Below are positions 13,001-25,000 of a stretch of DNA of 64,000 nucleotides, piece after piece. The position numbers and the translations under genes are program-made. Within the stretch, counting starts at the first letter, position 1. Each line of letters begins with the position of its first letter. Origin of the DNA: Bispira polyomma. Taxonomy: Eukaryota. Under the pieces are notes generated by a model. That model had not been told where the DNA came from. It searched no databases and worked only from the letters and a program-made list of their open reading frames with translations. The DNA is taken from assembly GCA_965649765.1 (NCBI GenBank), contig OZ287753.1, positions 37,882,001 to 37,946,000 of the forward strand. Direction: 5' to 3'.

Positions 13001-16000
13001 TACCTCTCCTGAACTTTTTAGTGCTCCCCAGCCAATCATATCCTAAATACCTAGTTTTCTAATAGCTCCTATCTGTGTATCTTTTTATCTTCTTTTCCTT
13101 ATTTTCCATACATTACCATTTACTTGCCTTTTATAACCTTCTTTAGACAACCTTCCTTACAGTTTTTCTTGAAAACCTATGCTGTATCTTTCAAATATCT
13201 GTGCTAATGATTTCCCCTGCTTTAACATAATTCAGTTCAAACAACTGTGTCCTTTAACCTTTTTCTGTAACATTTCTTTGCTACTTCCTACTTCCACTTT
13301 TCTAAACCCTATTATAAATACCCATATTTCTTATACCTTTTCCCTGTGTTTTCTTCCTGTTTTTTTATCTTTTTTTTTAATCTCTACTTTCACTGCTTTT
13401 CTATACTTTCATACATATTTCCTTCCTTGCTGTTTATCTTTTAAAACTATCCTACATTTATCAAATACCTGTGCAAAAGATTTTATCTACCATATCCTGA
13501 TCTAGTCTGTTGCTTATCTTTGCAATCTATCTTAGAGCTTCATGTTATAAACCAATATCCTTTAGTTATTTCTTCCTTTTTCTGTACCTTCCCTTAGCTA
13601 CCTCTCCTGAATTTCTTAGTGTTTCCTAGCTAATCATATCCTAAATACCTGCTTTTCTAATACCTCCTCGCTGGGTATCTTTGTATCTTCTAATAATATT
13701 TTATTCCTACCTTTCCATTATTTTCCATACATTAACATTTGCTTACGTTTAAAACGTATCTTTATACAACCTTACAGTTCCTTTTGAAACCCCATGCTGT
13801 ATCTTTAAATACCTGTGCTAATGATTTCTGCTGCTTTAACCCAATCCGATTCTGTTCCTTATCTTTCCAATCTATCTCACAGCTTTCTGATGTAAACCTC
13901 TTCTAAATCTTTGAAAACTGTGTCATTCAATTTTTTTTCTGTGACCTCTCTTTGCTACTTCCTACTTCCACTTTTTCAAACCCTATCCTAAATACCCATA
14001 TTTCTTATACCTATTTCCTGTGTTTTCTTCCTGTTTTTTATTCTATTTTATTCCCAACACTTCCTACTTTTCCATACATTATCATTTCATTACCCTAGTA
14101 AATCTTCCTTGCACAGCCTTTCTTACAGTTCTCCTTTAAAAATGATCCTACATATTTTGAATACATGATTTTTCCTTGAGTTTCCTATTGTAAACCTTTC
14201 ATTAACCTTTAAGACACCTTTCTCATTAATTTGTTCCTTCTTTGTTTATGTACCTTTGCTTCACCATCATGTTCAATCTTCCTTAGTGCTCTCTTTTAAA
14301 ATCCTATGTATCTGTGTTTTCTTGTTTTTTCTTATTCTATTCTTACCTTTCGTACTTATCCATACATTACCATTTCCTAACCATATAAATCTTCCTTCAG
14401 CTTTCCCAATGTAAATCCTTGCTATATAGTACATCATATATATTTTATTATAACTGTTACTTATTCTGTAGATACACAGCCTATCATTTGTTGTTTTACC
14501 TACCCATCACTGTCCTCTTTTCTGACTGACACAGTTTTTATCTTTTCCTTGTGCCAACTCCTTCCCCAATGATTACCATTATTTTTTACCACTATGAATT
14601 TTTTTCAGTCACTTTGAATCCTACTTCTGCCACATGTGTTGCTAAAACTCACTTCATATTGCTTAGTTTTGACTCAAGCTTTAAGGTTTTAGTCATAAGA
14701 ACTAGCAACCTAAACAATGGTTGTTTTCTTTCAGCATTATTGTTATAACTGATCTTTTATGTAATGATATAGGTCTATCTATGGTTCTATTTTTCATTTA
14801 GTAGCATAAATTGGGAGAAAACATTGTCCTTTTCTCAGTAATTCAACTCCTCTTAGTAATTGTACAAAACAAGTCCTTTGGTTGATGTTCTGGTGACACA
14901 TAAAGTTTTCCATCATTTTTTTGTACTCCATTTTGAAACACTTATAAAGCATCTTTCCAATAATTCTACCTAATCCCATTAAAGAGTTACTTTTAAGTAA
15001 AAAAGAATTAAATAATTAACATTAAATGTAAATTTCAACAAATCACTTTTTAACTGTGTGTTATAATGTGTTATTTGACATTATTTGCACATAGCGTTCT
15101 TATAAAGAACTTTTATGTTTTATATTTAGAGGGCATGCTATTATAGTATATTGTGTTTTCTTCCATACCCCTTTGTCTCTTTTCCTACCCTGGGATTTAT
15201 ACATATCCTATGCACTGTCAACACCACCAACCAACCACCCACCTCTACACCAACCACCACCTACCACCATCCGTCCTTGAAACCACCAACCAACAACCAC
15301 CACCACTACCTGTGTGTAGACCTGTTAGAAAAGTCACGTGTGACGTTCCAGCAAGCTGGGGAAAGAAACTACCACATCTTTTACCAGATCTTGTCGGGCC
15401 AGTTCCCACTATATCTAGGTAAGATACTGCAGTTATAGGCAGTCATGAGCCTTGCATATATATATATATATATATATATGCATATATATATATTTGTAAA
15501 AATGAGTATATATGTATGGAAGGCTCTAAATGTTTTTGTAAATTGTTAATATATTAGTTCTTGCATTATATGGCACCACAATGCACCATGTTTATATCAA
15601 ATGTTTTGGAATTTGCTTTTAAATTTATGTATGCTTTAATCATTTAAGAAGCATCAGAGTTGCCATATATGTGTGAGAATTAGAAGTTTTTGCAAAATGA
15701 AAGAAGGATCGAAATTATGATATTTTATCTTTAACAATAAATATTAATTACACTTACGTGTTCGAATTTTATCATTTCTAGATTTACTTCTTTCATTATT
15801 GGCAAAAATGGATTCTTTAGAAAAGGAAAGGAAAAGAGTTGTAAACATGTTTAAAGATGTGTAAAAATACTTTATTACAGATCTGTTGGAGAAATCTCGT
15901 ATCACTTATCAGCTGCCTGGTATTGAGAGAAATTATCACATTTTCTATTGGTTGCTTTGTGGGGAATATCCTGATTATGCTGGTAAGATTGTGAGAAATA

Positions 16001-19000
16001 CCTGTCCTTCCTTCTATGCTGTGTGGAACCCTTATTCCTTCCTACTGGTGTGTAACAATAGATCAACACCACACCTGTGTGCTATACTTACACTATTTTC
16101 AAGTAACGTGTTGGTGACCCTTTGATTATAGGAACCTTATCCTACTCCCATATACTTATCCTCCTATCCAACGTTTCTCTCATATTTCAGGATCAGAAAT
16201 TCCCTTCAGTCAAGCCAAGGATGTCTTTATGTGTGTGATACCCAGTCTCGTATACACCTTTTTATATGTTTCAGGGCCTGAAAACTCTAACCCACACAGA
16301 TATTGATTCTTTGATATACCACTCAAAGCAAACATTGAGTTTAACCATGCATGATTTCCAAGCACAATCCACATTGTACATGCACTTTCTGACAAATTAC
16401 AGTTGTGCACCTTCTATACCTCACCATACCACCACTTTCCTCTTCCTCAGTGAATATATGTACCTTTTGTTTCAAATCAAAATAATAAATGTGCATTTCT
16501 TTCTTAAAAAACACATACTCTAGATAATCGATGTATTTATATAAGGGTCACTTCTGATCCAATACTTAATATCTCATACTTCATACTATCTCTTCATCAA
16601 AAGCTTAAAAAAGAAAAAAAGCTATACTTCTTTCAAAATAGTAGACACTTAATCGGTTTCTAATTACAACAAAGCATCTTTGTAAAGTGTCCATTCCTTG
16701 ATTATTTGTCTCTATAGAGAAGCTGCTTATCCAGACCGACCCTGGCCTCTACCACTTCATTAACCAGGGATGTCTAACTGTGGATGGCATGGATGACAAT
16801 GAGGAAATGAGGGGTGTAGACGTATGTATTGACAAACCCTTCAATCCCTGCCTCCCTACAACCCTACAACCTGAAACCCTCATACCTGCACCAACTTGGA
16901 CTTTATCAACACTGTGTTTGTCAATCAGGCAAACCCCTCTCTGCAGAGAGGGATGATGTAGTCCTTACCACAACAAATATACACAAACACACCCATTCCC
17001 AAAATTGATTGATATTATGTGTGTCTCCTTGGTCCCAATTCCTCCCCATCCTATGAGTGCAGCTCTCCATATCAATGTTTTCATAATGTGTTAACATTGA
17101 AACCTCTTGGGCAGTTAAGCTGAATATCTTGAAGAAAAAAACAACTAATTAGTCTCCCATAGAAATATGATTTTGTTTTTCGATGAATATTATTCCTGTG
17201 GATTTCTATTCATTTCATAAGAAAACTGATACAAAAACACTATGACTTCAAGATCTTCAGCTACACTCCTTTTTTATCCTTCCTTTTCAGATTCCCTTCT
17301 TCTAAAGACAGAAAAATACCCAATATCATTGCATGGACACATACACACATATCTTCCCCATATTTTTTGTGCATAAAATTCCAGGCACTTCCACGTTAAA
17401 CATTAAATGTGTAATTTACCTTACTTTGTTTCCCTGTGTTTTCACTCAGTCAATAATATATACATATGTATTTCTATATATTTTGTGTGTGGCCCTTTTC
17501 TATCCTTCCTGTAGCATCACAATGTCTCTTCCCTCCCTCGTTCTCTCACCTCCACTATTGTCTATCCCATGTGAGTGCACACCTACCTCTTTTTGTAGAA
17601 AAACTCTTAGTACAGTCAGATCCAGGTCTGTATCATCACATCAATCAAGGTGTGCTGGATGTAGAAAATATGGATGACAAAGAAGAAATGCAGCAAGCTG
17701 ATGTATGTAAATCCCAGTGTTCTCTTTGTGGAGTGTGACTTGCTTGAGTTTGCAGTGAAGACCAGTTACTTTAAATCTTGTTTGAAATATTTTAACCAGT
17801 AACTGAACAAATATTTATTCCATCAAACCGTAGAGGTGTTCATGCCAATATGAGTGGTTATTTATGTATACATATGATAATAATAATACTGAAAACTACA
17901 ACCCTAAGATACAAAGTCACACAATCAGCTGGTAATACGAGAATCACCTGAGAATAGGGGTCATCAATAACATTTAACCTTACACGGTTTGAAGATATTT
18001 GTTCAGTGTACAAAATGCAAAAAGTAAATAACCAAAGTGTATATTAAACCAACTCCTCGAAAATTTTTAATGCCCCCCCCCCTCCCCCCCATTTGTTTTC
18101 TGCTGCCACAATTGGACTTCTGTTATGCCAACACACAAATATTTAATCTGAAAGACATAAATTCTGACAATAGATGCCAGTAGAGCCGAGAAAATAGATG
18201 CCAGTAGAGCCGAGGATCTTCTGTAATTTCAGAGATGCTGCCATCAGAGGAGGACATACAGTGCAACCCTTGTCATAATACGAGATTGCTGTGGTGTGAT
18301 ACATTTCGTTGCATGTTAATGTCACCTAGTTATATACATCATGTGGTTTTTACCTTTGTTTTCAACAACCAATCTTAAATCTAAGGACCAAAGAGAAAAG
18401 AGCATGTTGGGTATTATTATGAGGTTTCAAATTGCTGTTTCAAATTAATCCACAGTTTTTAGTCAAAGCAACAGGAATATTCTGATCAGTCCATTTTTAT
18501 GAGTTACGTGTATTTCCCTTTGAGAGATAAAGATTTTTTTTACAATTTATTGGAATTTAAAAACCATCAGACCGATAGTTTATCCTGCATGCATACAATC
18601 CCTGAGTGCAGTGTAGCATTTTAGACCATGGTGATGGTATAGTACCCTTCTTAGACATTAATTATGTAGTAGTGTGCTGTGTGGTGTTTATACACATTTT
18701 GCTCCAGTTGTGTTGTTCCTATGTTATTTAAACAGATAAATTCTTGGTCAAAGGTGACCCAGCCTTGTACCACCAAATAAACCAAGGTGTATTAAAAGTG
18801 GACAGCATCGATGACAGAGATGAAATGAAAACCACTGATGTATGTCACCTTAAAAATTACACAGATATAGAAACTAAATATGTATATCTTTAAAGCTGCT
18901 TCTATATATGATGAAATAACATAAAGTATTACTCGGCGGGTGAAAATACTGAGAAAGAATTTACCAAGTCAAGATTACATTCCAAAGTATGTGATTTTCT

Positions 19001-22000
19001 ATACTTAGCACAGGGAAACAGCCTTTTATAACATTTTTTATAACGGAGAAATCAGTTGATATCAATTTTAACTAAGCTATGCCCACATATAAGGACATAT
19101 AGCAATATCCATTCAGAGTTATATCCATTTTATTTCCAATGCCTGACAGTTTTCTTTATGAACACAAAAAGAGTAGCTCCATGGGCAGACCTCTTCAGCT
19201 GTTTGATGCTCTGTGATCTATCACACACTGTCTTCTGTGTCATAATACAGGAGGCTATAGATGTCCTGGGCTTCAGCCAGGAAGAGAAGATGAGCATGTA
19301 CAAGTGTACTTGTGCTGTACTCCACTTTGGTGAGATGAAGTTTAAACAGAGACCAAGAGAGGAGCAGGCTGAGGCAGATGGAACCTCTGGTAATTTAATT
19401 TGTTGCCTTTTTGGGGAAGAAACATTTTGTATACATGTATTTTGTTAAACGAAATAGAATAATACAAAATATACAGATACCCCCCACCCCCCAAAAAAAA
19501 TTAAGTTAGTTCATAGTTTGGGTTTAACATCGCTTTGCCCATGTTTATGTCATATCACAATGGGCAGTTTTTGTTTTTGGAGCAAAATCAAAGCGGTTGG
19601 TCAATGTTTTTTGCTCTGCAATTCACCAACCTTTGTCAAATAACAAAAACTGTCACTTTCAACCTGGCTTAATTACAGCAGAATTAGTATATACAGACAA
19701 ACATGTGACTGAAGGCGAGACATTTTGGTTATCAACATATACTTTACTGGCTTTCTCCTGACTAAAATATGCCACATACTGTTGTGTGTGATTTGTGAAA
19801 CAATGGTGAAATTTATTATATAATGTACAATATTATTTTTAACTGTATGCACAACACCCCATTTGGGTACTAATTTCCTTGACATATATTTTCTATAAAC
19901 AGAGGCTGAAAAGGTTGCCTTCCTTCTGGGTGTGAACACTAATGATCTTCTCAAAGCCTTGCTGCAGCCCAAGGTGAAGGTCGGCAATGAGTATGTAACC
20001 AAGGGCCAGAACAAGGACCAGGTAACTAATAAAGTTCAATTAAGAACAATTTACAATTTACTAGACAGGGCACGGCCACGTTGGATTTTGGTATATGAAT
20101 ACACCTTAAGGTTTAAACTAAACCTGATGTTCTGATATTTGGAAGAAATACTTTCAGTATGTCTGTGCCATGTCCAATGAATTTAATAACTTCAGTGAAG
20201 TTCTATTCCTTTTTACTTAATTTATGTAGAAAAAAGGTACACAAACGATAAACTAATGCCCCGTTCATCCCTTTGCAGTATGGTAAGCAGTACCGGAAGG
20301 TCTTGTAGCTTGTCTCTCCACATGTTATATCTGTTATTCCAACTAGGAGAAATACACTACAGACGTAAACAGACGATTACTGGCATCGAAGAGCTACAAT
20401 AGTAATATGGAAATACTCGGAATGGATTTTTTCTCCTTTTTCCCCTACAATATGACACATTATATGTACAAATATGTACAAATTACAACACACATGGGCA
20501 CTAATCCCCCCCCCCCCTCACCCACCCCCTCCTAAAATGAACTTATTTTATTTAGCCTCTGCACTAATGTCTAATGTGTGATATTTTCTTTACCATGTAC
20601 CTCTACATGTACCAATTTTAGCTGTTCACTGACTGTGTCTTGCTCTAGGTGACCTTCTCTGTGTCTGCTCTGTCCAAATCCCTGTACGCCCGTATGTTCG
20701 GCTGGCTGGTGAGCCGTGTCAACAAGACTCTGGACACCAAACACAAGAGACAGTGGTTTATTGGTGTACTGGATATTGCTGGCTTTGAGATCTTCGAGGT
20801 AAATTTTTTATAATTTTATTTTTTTAAGCATGTACATCAGATTACATCTTAGATGAAGTAGTTATATAAATGTGCTCTATTGCAAGCCAAATGTACATCA
20901 GATTACATGTTAGATGAATGTCAAAACCTATGCTTGCTCACAAGATTTTACTTTTTAGAGGCAACAGAGAGTAAAAATAATTCTTTGATATCCTGCTCCC
21001 CATGTGTCCGTCCACTTCTACTTGAGGGCAGCTTCAATCACTCTCTTCCTCATAATTACCTTATGGAAGGACCTTACACACAACACAATGTCTAAGAAAC
21101 GCCCTGAGGTCATGCATAGGACCATGCATAGTTGCAGCAAAAATGCCAAAGTAATGGGTCCAACAGAGAAGATCACACTGTGTATAAACAGTTGTAACTG
21201 ATCTTCATAGATAGATTTGTGAAAATTTTGCTCTCCATTATCCTGTGTTATGAGTTCTCTTGTTGGTAAGATATAGCTTCACACTCAGTTTAGACCCAGG
21301 ATAAACCTGTTGTGTAAAACCCACTTAAAAATTCCTATCATTTTTGTCCCCTATTTTAGTTCAACACCTTGGAACAGTTGTGCATCAACTACACCAATGA
21401 GCGCCTCCAGCAGTTCTTTAACCACCACATGTTTGTACTGGAGCAGGAGGAATATAAGAAGGAAGGCATCCAATGGGACTTTATTGATTTTGGTATGGAT
21501 CTGCAGGCCACCATTGAGCTCATTGAGAAGGTACAGTAACATCCACAAAATGTCAACTTAGTTTTTGTCAAAAAAAATTTTAAAAATTCTGTGATTTAAA
21601 ATGTATAACTAGGACAACACCTGGTCATCATGTTAAAGTTTTTTACTTCTATAGTGCCACAATCGATGACCAGGCATCCTCTGTGGCGCACATCCCAATC
21701 AGTAAGCAAAATAATAGTTCAATAGGAGAAAAGGTTTGTGATCAGGAGGTTCAGTCACAACAACATGACGAAAGCTAAGGCGGCAAAAGTGAGTTGATAC
21801 TTTGTATCAGCTTTTACAATATACGTGTATAGCAATACCTCTATTAGTAGATTATCTATTATCTCAATATTTGATTTTATGATTGCAGTTTTCACTCTTT
21901 TCACTTGAAATGTATACACTGATTACTATAATAAACAACTATCTATCTATCTAGCTTATTTTCTTCCAACAGCCCATGGGCGTCCTGTCCATCCTTGAGG

Positions 22001-25000
22001 AGGAGTGCATGTTCCCCAAGGCCAGTGACAAGACCTTCTTGTCCAAACTGTATGAGAACCATCTTGGCAAGTCTCCATCCTTTGGCAAGCCCAAGCCAAG
22101 CAAGTCATCCAAGTACGAGGCTCACTTTGAGTTGTACCACTATGCCGGCACTGTAAGTACTACATAATATATTGTATTCTTTACAATGATGGGATCTTCA
22201 GTGGTGTAGTGATAACACACTTCTATAGTTTTGTAAGTAAGAAGAGTTTCTAAAGTATCATTGTGTGTTCTATTTTTGATCTAATAAAGGGTTACATTTG
22301 TCTATATTATTCATATCCAGTGTTCCATTTGTTATACATTAAAAACAAATATCTAGGAATCTTTCCCCATAAAAAGTCATATACTACATGAAGTGTCTAC
22401 ACATGAACCAAGCTGCATCAATGCAGTGTTGATATTAGCTCATAATAGTAAAAATTAGTAGGTGGTCTCAGCACCCTTTAATACTTTGTTACACTGCATT
22501 TCTGGCGTACTTCAGATTGCTTGCTCTATACCTTCCTATAGGTAGGATATAACATTAATGGCTGGCTAAACAAAAACAAGGATCCAGTCAATGAGACCGT
22601 GACCTCACTGCTGGCTGCTTCTAAAGAACCTCTGGTTGCTTTGTGGTTCGCTGAACCCAAAGCAGAGGGTGAGATCTTTTGGCAACCGCCTCCCTAGTGT
22701 ACCACTACTACCTACTCCAACACAAAGTGTGATACAAAATACCTTACCAAATGATACCTGTAAAATGAAACCAACCTACACCCCCAACCAATCTACCACT
22801 ATCCCCCACACCACAGATAGTACGAAACAAAATGGTAAAATACAAAAAAATACCTCTCCCCAAAACCCCACACCACTTGCACCCAGGACAGTCTTAAACG
22901 AGTAGACAGTTGTCCTACAAATTGTTCCCATACGTGAACCCTGCACCTCTCACACCCCACCACTGGTAGATAAAACCTTATATTATGATATTGTCTCTTG
23001 TGATGACAGTTATAATGTTTTCAAATCACCTGCATTCCCTACATTCCTAAAATATATGTGTGTGTTTTTTATACCAAGATATTCATATTATTCCATATAC
23101 AATATGTGTTCATACATTAGTCTGCAACCTCACAACGTATACACCTTTTCATTTGTTTTGTGACCTGTATGAGTATCCTTAGTTAGATTACATGTGTATA
23201 TCATGTGGGACAACGGTTTTAATGACTTTATCAGATGTTCATCAATCAGTGTCACTACAGATCAACAATCATCTGAAAAGCTGCTATGCGCCATCAATTC
23301 TATAGTCATTCTGTTTCTGAGCTTGTTATGCGCCATAAATTCTATAGTCCTTCTGTCCCTAAGGTTGATATGCGCCATAAATTCTAGAGTCCTTCTGTCG
23401 CCGAGGTTGCTATGCGCCATAAATCCTATAGTCTTTCTGTCACTGAGGTTCCTATGTACCCTAAATCCTATACGGTCCTTTTGTCCCTCAACTGCTATCC
23501 GCCTTTATTTGTGTTGTTGTTCACCCTCTCTGTATGCATGTGCCTCTATTTGTTTTCTCCACCTGTAAGGTCCACTACAACACTGATGGCTGGCTGACTA
23601 AGAACAAAGATCCCATCATGGAGTCTACCATCGCACTGCTTAGTGCCTCCAAGGAACCCCTCGTGTCTGTCTTCTTTGCAGTGCCTAAAGACGGTATAAT
23701 TTATTGATATACTTCATGTACCCTGTACTGAAGAGCCTAGGGAGTGTTTTAAAAACATTAATAACTTCAATATAAGTTTAAATTATACATTATACACACT
23801 GTAAATCTTTAATAAAATGTGTCAGTATTTTTTTTTATATATATATATTAGTCAATGATCATGTATTTTTCACGAAACTCTCCGACTAGTTGTAGCATGT
23901 ACTAAACAGAAAAAAAGTAAATTGCACTTTTGTATTTTAAAAAATCTTTCTCTAGTCAAAGTTATCAGTCTGTAAATGTGTGGCAAGTAAATCTTGATAT
24001 CTTAAAAATAATTTGTTAGATCAACGAGTGTTAAGATACGTTTATCGAAAAATACCAATGTTTAATAGTCACTTAATAGCTGTGAGCCAATTTCAAAAAT
24101 TTAAAAGTTTGTATTAACATTTTTATGTGTGAAGCATCTTATTTGGAAAAATTGGGGAATGGACCGGAACCTTTTGAATCTTTTTGGATATGATGTAGTT
24201 AAGATCATCGAGTTTGTGAGTTTGTTCAAATTCCCCATATCTTTTGTTTTCAGAGGGTGGTGGCGGCAAAAAGAAAAAGGGCAAAGGCTCTGCTTACCAG
24301 ACCATCTCTGCCACTCACAGGGTAAGCATCAACACAGTGATATCCATGTATATCACCACATTGAACACTTGGGCTTTCAGGATTTACCCTTTAGCTTAAC
24401 TTTACTAGACTATTAATCTAAAAATCTGTGACAACCCAGCAGTAGCAAGCCTCTTTTTAAGTATACGGCAGAGCCAAGTTATTTCTGTAGTTTACATGAT
24501 GGAAATGCCAATAATAACGTGTAATATTAGGAAAAACTGCCTTTAAAACACAGGGGGAGATGTAGAAAATAGTAAAGTGCTATTGTGGCAGTGCAATAAA
24601 AAATCCCTTTTATTTTCAAGATTTGTAACCCAATGAAAAAGCTTCCAAAATGTAAATATAATTATCTATACATCATAATATACCAGTAGTATAACGGAAA
24701 CTAGCTATGGAATAAATATGTGAAAAATGTTCAATGCAGAAAAGTGTTTTCTAGTGCAGATATTTATATATTTTTTTCTTGTGTTACTTTTAGTGTTTTN
24801 NNNNNNNNNNNNNNNNNNNNNNNNNNNNNNNNNNNNNNNNNNNNNNNNNNNNNNNNNNNNNNNNNNNNNNNNNNNNNNNNNNNNNNNNNNNNNNNNNNNN
24901 NNNNNNNNNNNNNNNNNNNNNNNNNNNNNNNNNNNNNNNNNNNNNNNNNNNNNNNNNNNNNNNNNNNNNNNNNNNNNNNNNNNNNNNNNNNNGGTAGGTA

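Noticed and set aside
13179-14748. Hydrophobic Phe/Leu-rich ORFs as membrane proteins
   Set aside because: By-product of T/C-rich intronic repeats.
23194-23568. 124-aa repetitive ORF or CRISPR-like array
   Set aside because: Head-to-tail 42-bp minisatellite with no unique spacers, in a eukaryotic intron.
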